Positions 63,071 to 64,000 of a stretch of DNA of 64,000 nt are shown one piece after another. A model generated the notes under the pieces. That model had not been told where the DNA came from and searched no databases. It saw only the letters and a program-made list of their open reading frames with translations. The number at the start of each line of letters is the position of its first letter. Position 1 is the stretch's first letter. The translations under genes and the position numbers were made by a program. Source of the DNA: an uncultured Armatimonadia bacterium. GTDB taxonomy: Bacteria > Armatimonadota > Zipacnadia > CAVVLO01. The stretch covers positions 160,001 through 224,000 of the forward strand of contig CAVVLO010000003.1 in the NCBI GenBank assembly GCA_963749155.1, read 5' to 3'.

Positions 63071-63536
63071 GTTTCGGGAGCGAAGACTCCCGAAACACGC
63101 AAGAAAAGAAGTGGCGTGTATCGGGAGCTTGCTCCCGATACCTCATTCGGACCTCGTTAGCCGCAGGATAAAAAAGTGGCGTGTATCGGGAGCTTGCTCC
63201 CGATACTTGTTTCGGCCACATCCTCCAAGGTTTCGGGAGCAAAGACTAAAGGCAACTTCGGGCGGGTTACACCCGCCATTTTGAAACGAACGACAAAAGG
63301 CTCAAGAGCCAGGGCGAAAAGCTAAAGGCAACTTCGGGCGGGCTGCACCCGCCTATTTGAAGTGAACAGCGAAAGGCTCAAAGGCCAGGGCGGAAAAGCG
63401 CGGGGGCATCGCCCCCACACCCCCGCTAGTTGGCAACTTCAGGCGGGTTGCACCCGCCATTGTGATGAACATCAAAAGGCTCAAAGCCCAGGGCTAAAGG
63501 CGCGGGGGTATCACCCCCGCACCCCCGCTAGTTGGC
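63071..63536. repeat. REP/BIME-like mosaic of four palindromic repeat families
   Basis: A at 63071-63096 (plus half copy 63230-63247); B at 63109-63141 and 63174-63206 (identical); C at 63251-63315, 63327-63391 and 63432-63494; D at 63398-63434 and 63500-63536. Confidence 0.9.
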
Positions 63537-64000
63537 TAATCCGGCTTGCGCGCGGTGATGAGGAAGAGTGGGTATTCACGCATCCCGCCCTCGTGCTCGC
63601 GCTTCATCACATAAACGGTCTCCGAGGTCAGCCCTTCGAGGCCTTGCCCCTCCAGTAGCTCCAGCAGCCACTGCCTGTCCAGACCATCGTGGGAGTGATC
63701 GACTCCCTCGCCGTGGAACGAGCCGTCTTCGACATCCAGATCCACCAACGCCAGCGCGCCCCCCGGCCGAAGCAGCCTGGTGAAGCCTTCCAGTACGCGC
63801 GGGATGTCCTCAATATGGTGCAAAGCCATCACACAGACAGCCAAATCTACTTGCAATTCCTCTGGGGGAGCGTCCTTTTCCAGATCCAGCACAAAGCCCT
63901 GGATGTTCGCAAAGGACTGCTCTCTGGCAGCTTTCTCGATATCCTTTACGACCTGGGCTGATTTGTCGGCTGCAATTACGCGTTTGGCGTAAGGCTGAAG
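63536..64000 (-). CDS. Class I SAM-dependent methyltransferase, 5' part outside the window
   Basis: DLAVCVMALHHIED, LLRPGG.L.LVDLDVEDGSFH; frame appears open to the window edge. Confidence 0.85.
   Translation of the reverse strand, partial: LQPYAKRVIAADKSAQVVKDIEKAAREQSFANIQGFVLDLEKDAPPEELQVDLAVCVMALHHIEDIPRVLEGFTRLLRPGGALALVDLDVEDGSFHGEGVDHSHDGLDRQWLLELLEGQGLEGLTSETVYVMKREHEGGMREYPLFLITARKPD

Noticed and set aside
63071..63247. CRISPR array (GTTTC...GAAAC ends; 33-bp repeat with 32-bp gap)
   Set aside because: Only two copies per unit, mixed unit types, near-full-length palindromes, and no cas genes or leader.

Overview
GC-rich bacterial chromosomal segment with about 44 CDS. No rRNA, tRNA, CRISPR array, integrase or transposase was recognised. 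It is dominated by secreted carbohydrate-active-looking proteins (GH2, GH42/GH35/GH5-like TIM barrels, three pectate-lyase-3-type beta-helix proteins, two BNR sialidase-like propellers, a sulfatase). It also has three URO-D/MtaA-like proteins, three SAM methyltransferases, a sugar isomerase, a DegT aminotransferase, a Kef-type antiporter and a PerR-DpsL-desulforedoxin-ZupT oxidative stress/metal locus. The gene mix suggests an anaerobic polysaccharide degrader (Armatimonadota-like is a guess only). At least 11 genes carry single-base indels, many at short homopolymers, which look like long-read consensus errors; these genes are reported here as reconstructed single CDS. Highlights: (1) a candidate DUF2239 ribbon-helix-helix regulon at 3.5-6.0 kb with five TTAC-N3-GTA(A) boxes and duplicated promoter modules that bracket two cargo genes; (2) a TIR-FGE-FGE protein with an in-frame TGA in its C-terminal variable-type region; (3) a four-family palindromic repeat mosaic at 63.07-63.54 kb; (4) a structured intergenic region upstream of the K+ antiporter. 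Family assignments come from motif recognition, not database searches.
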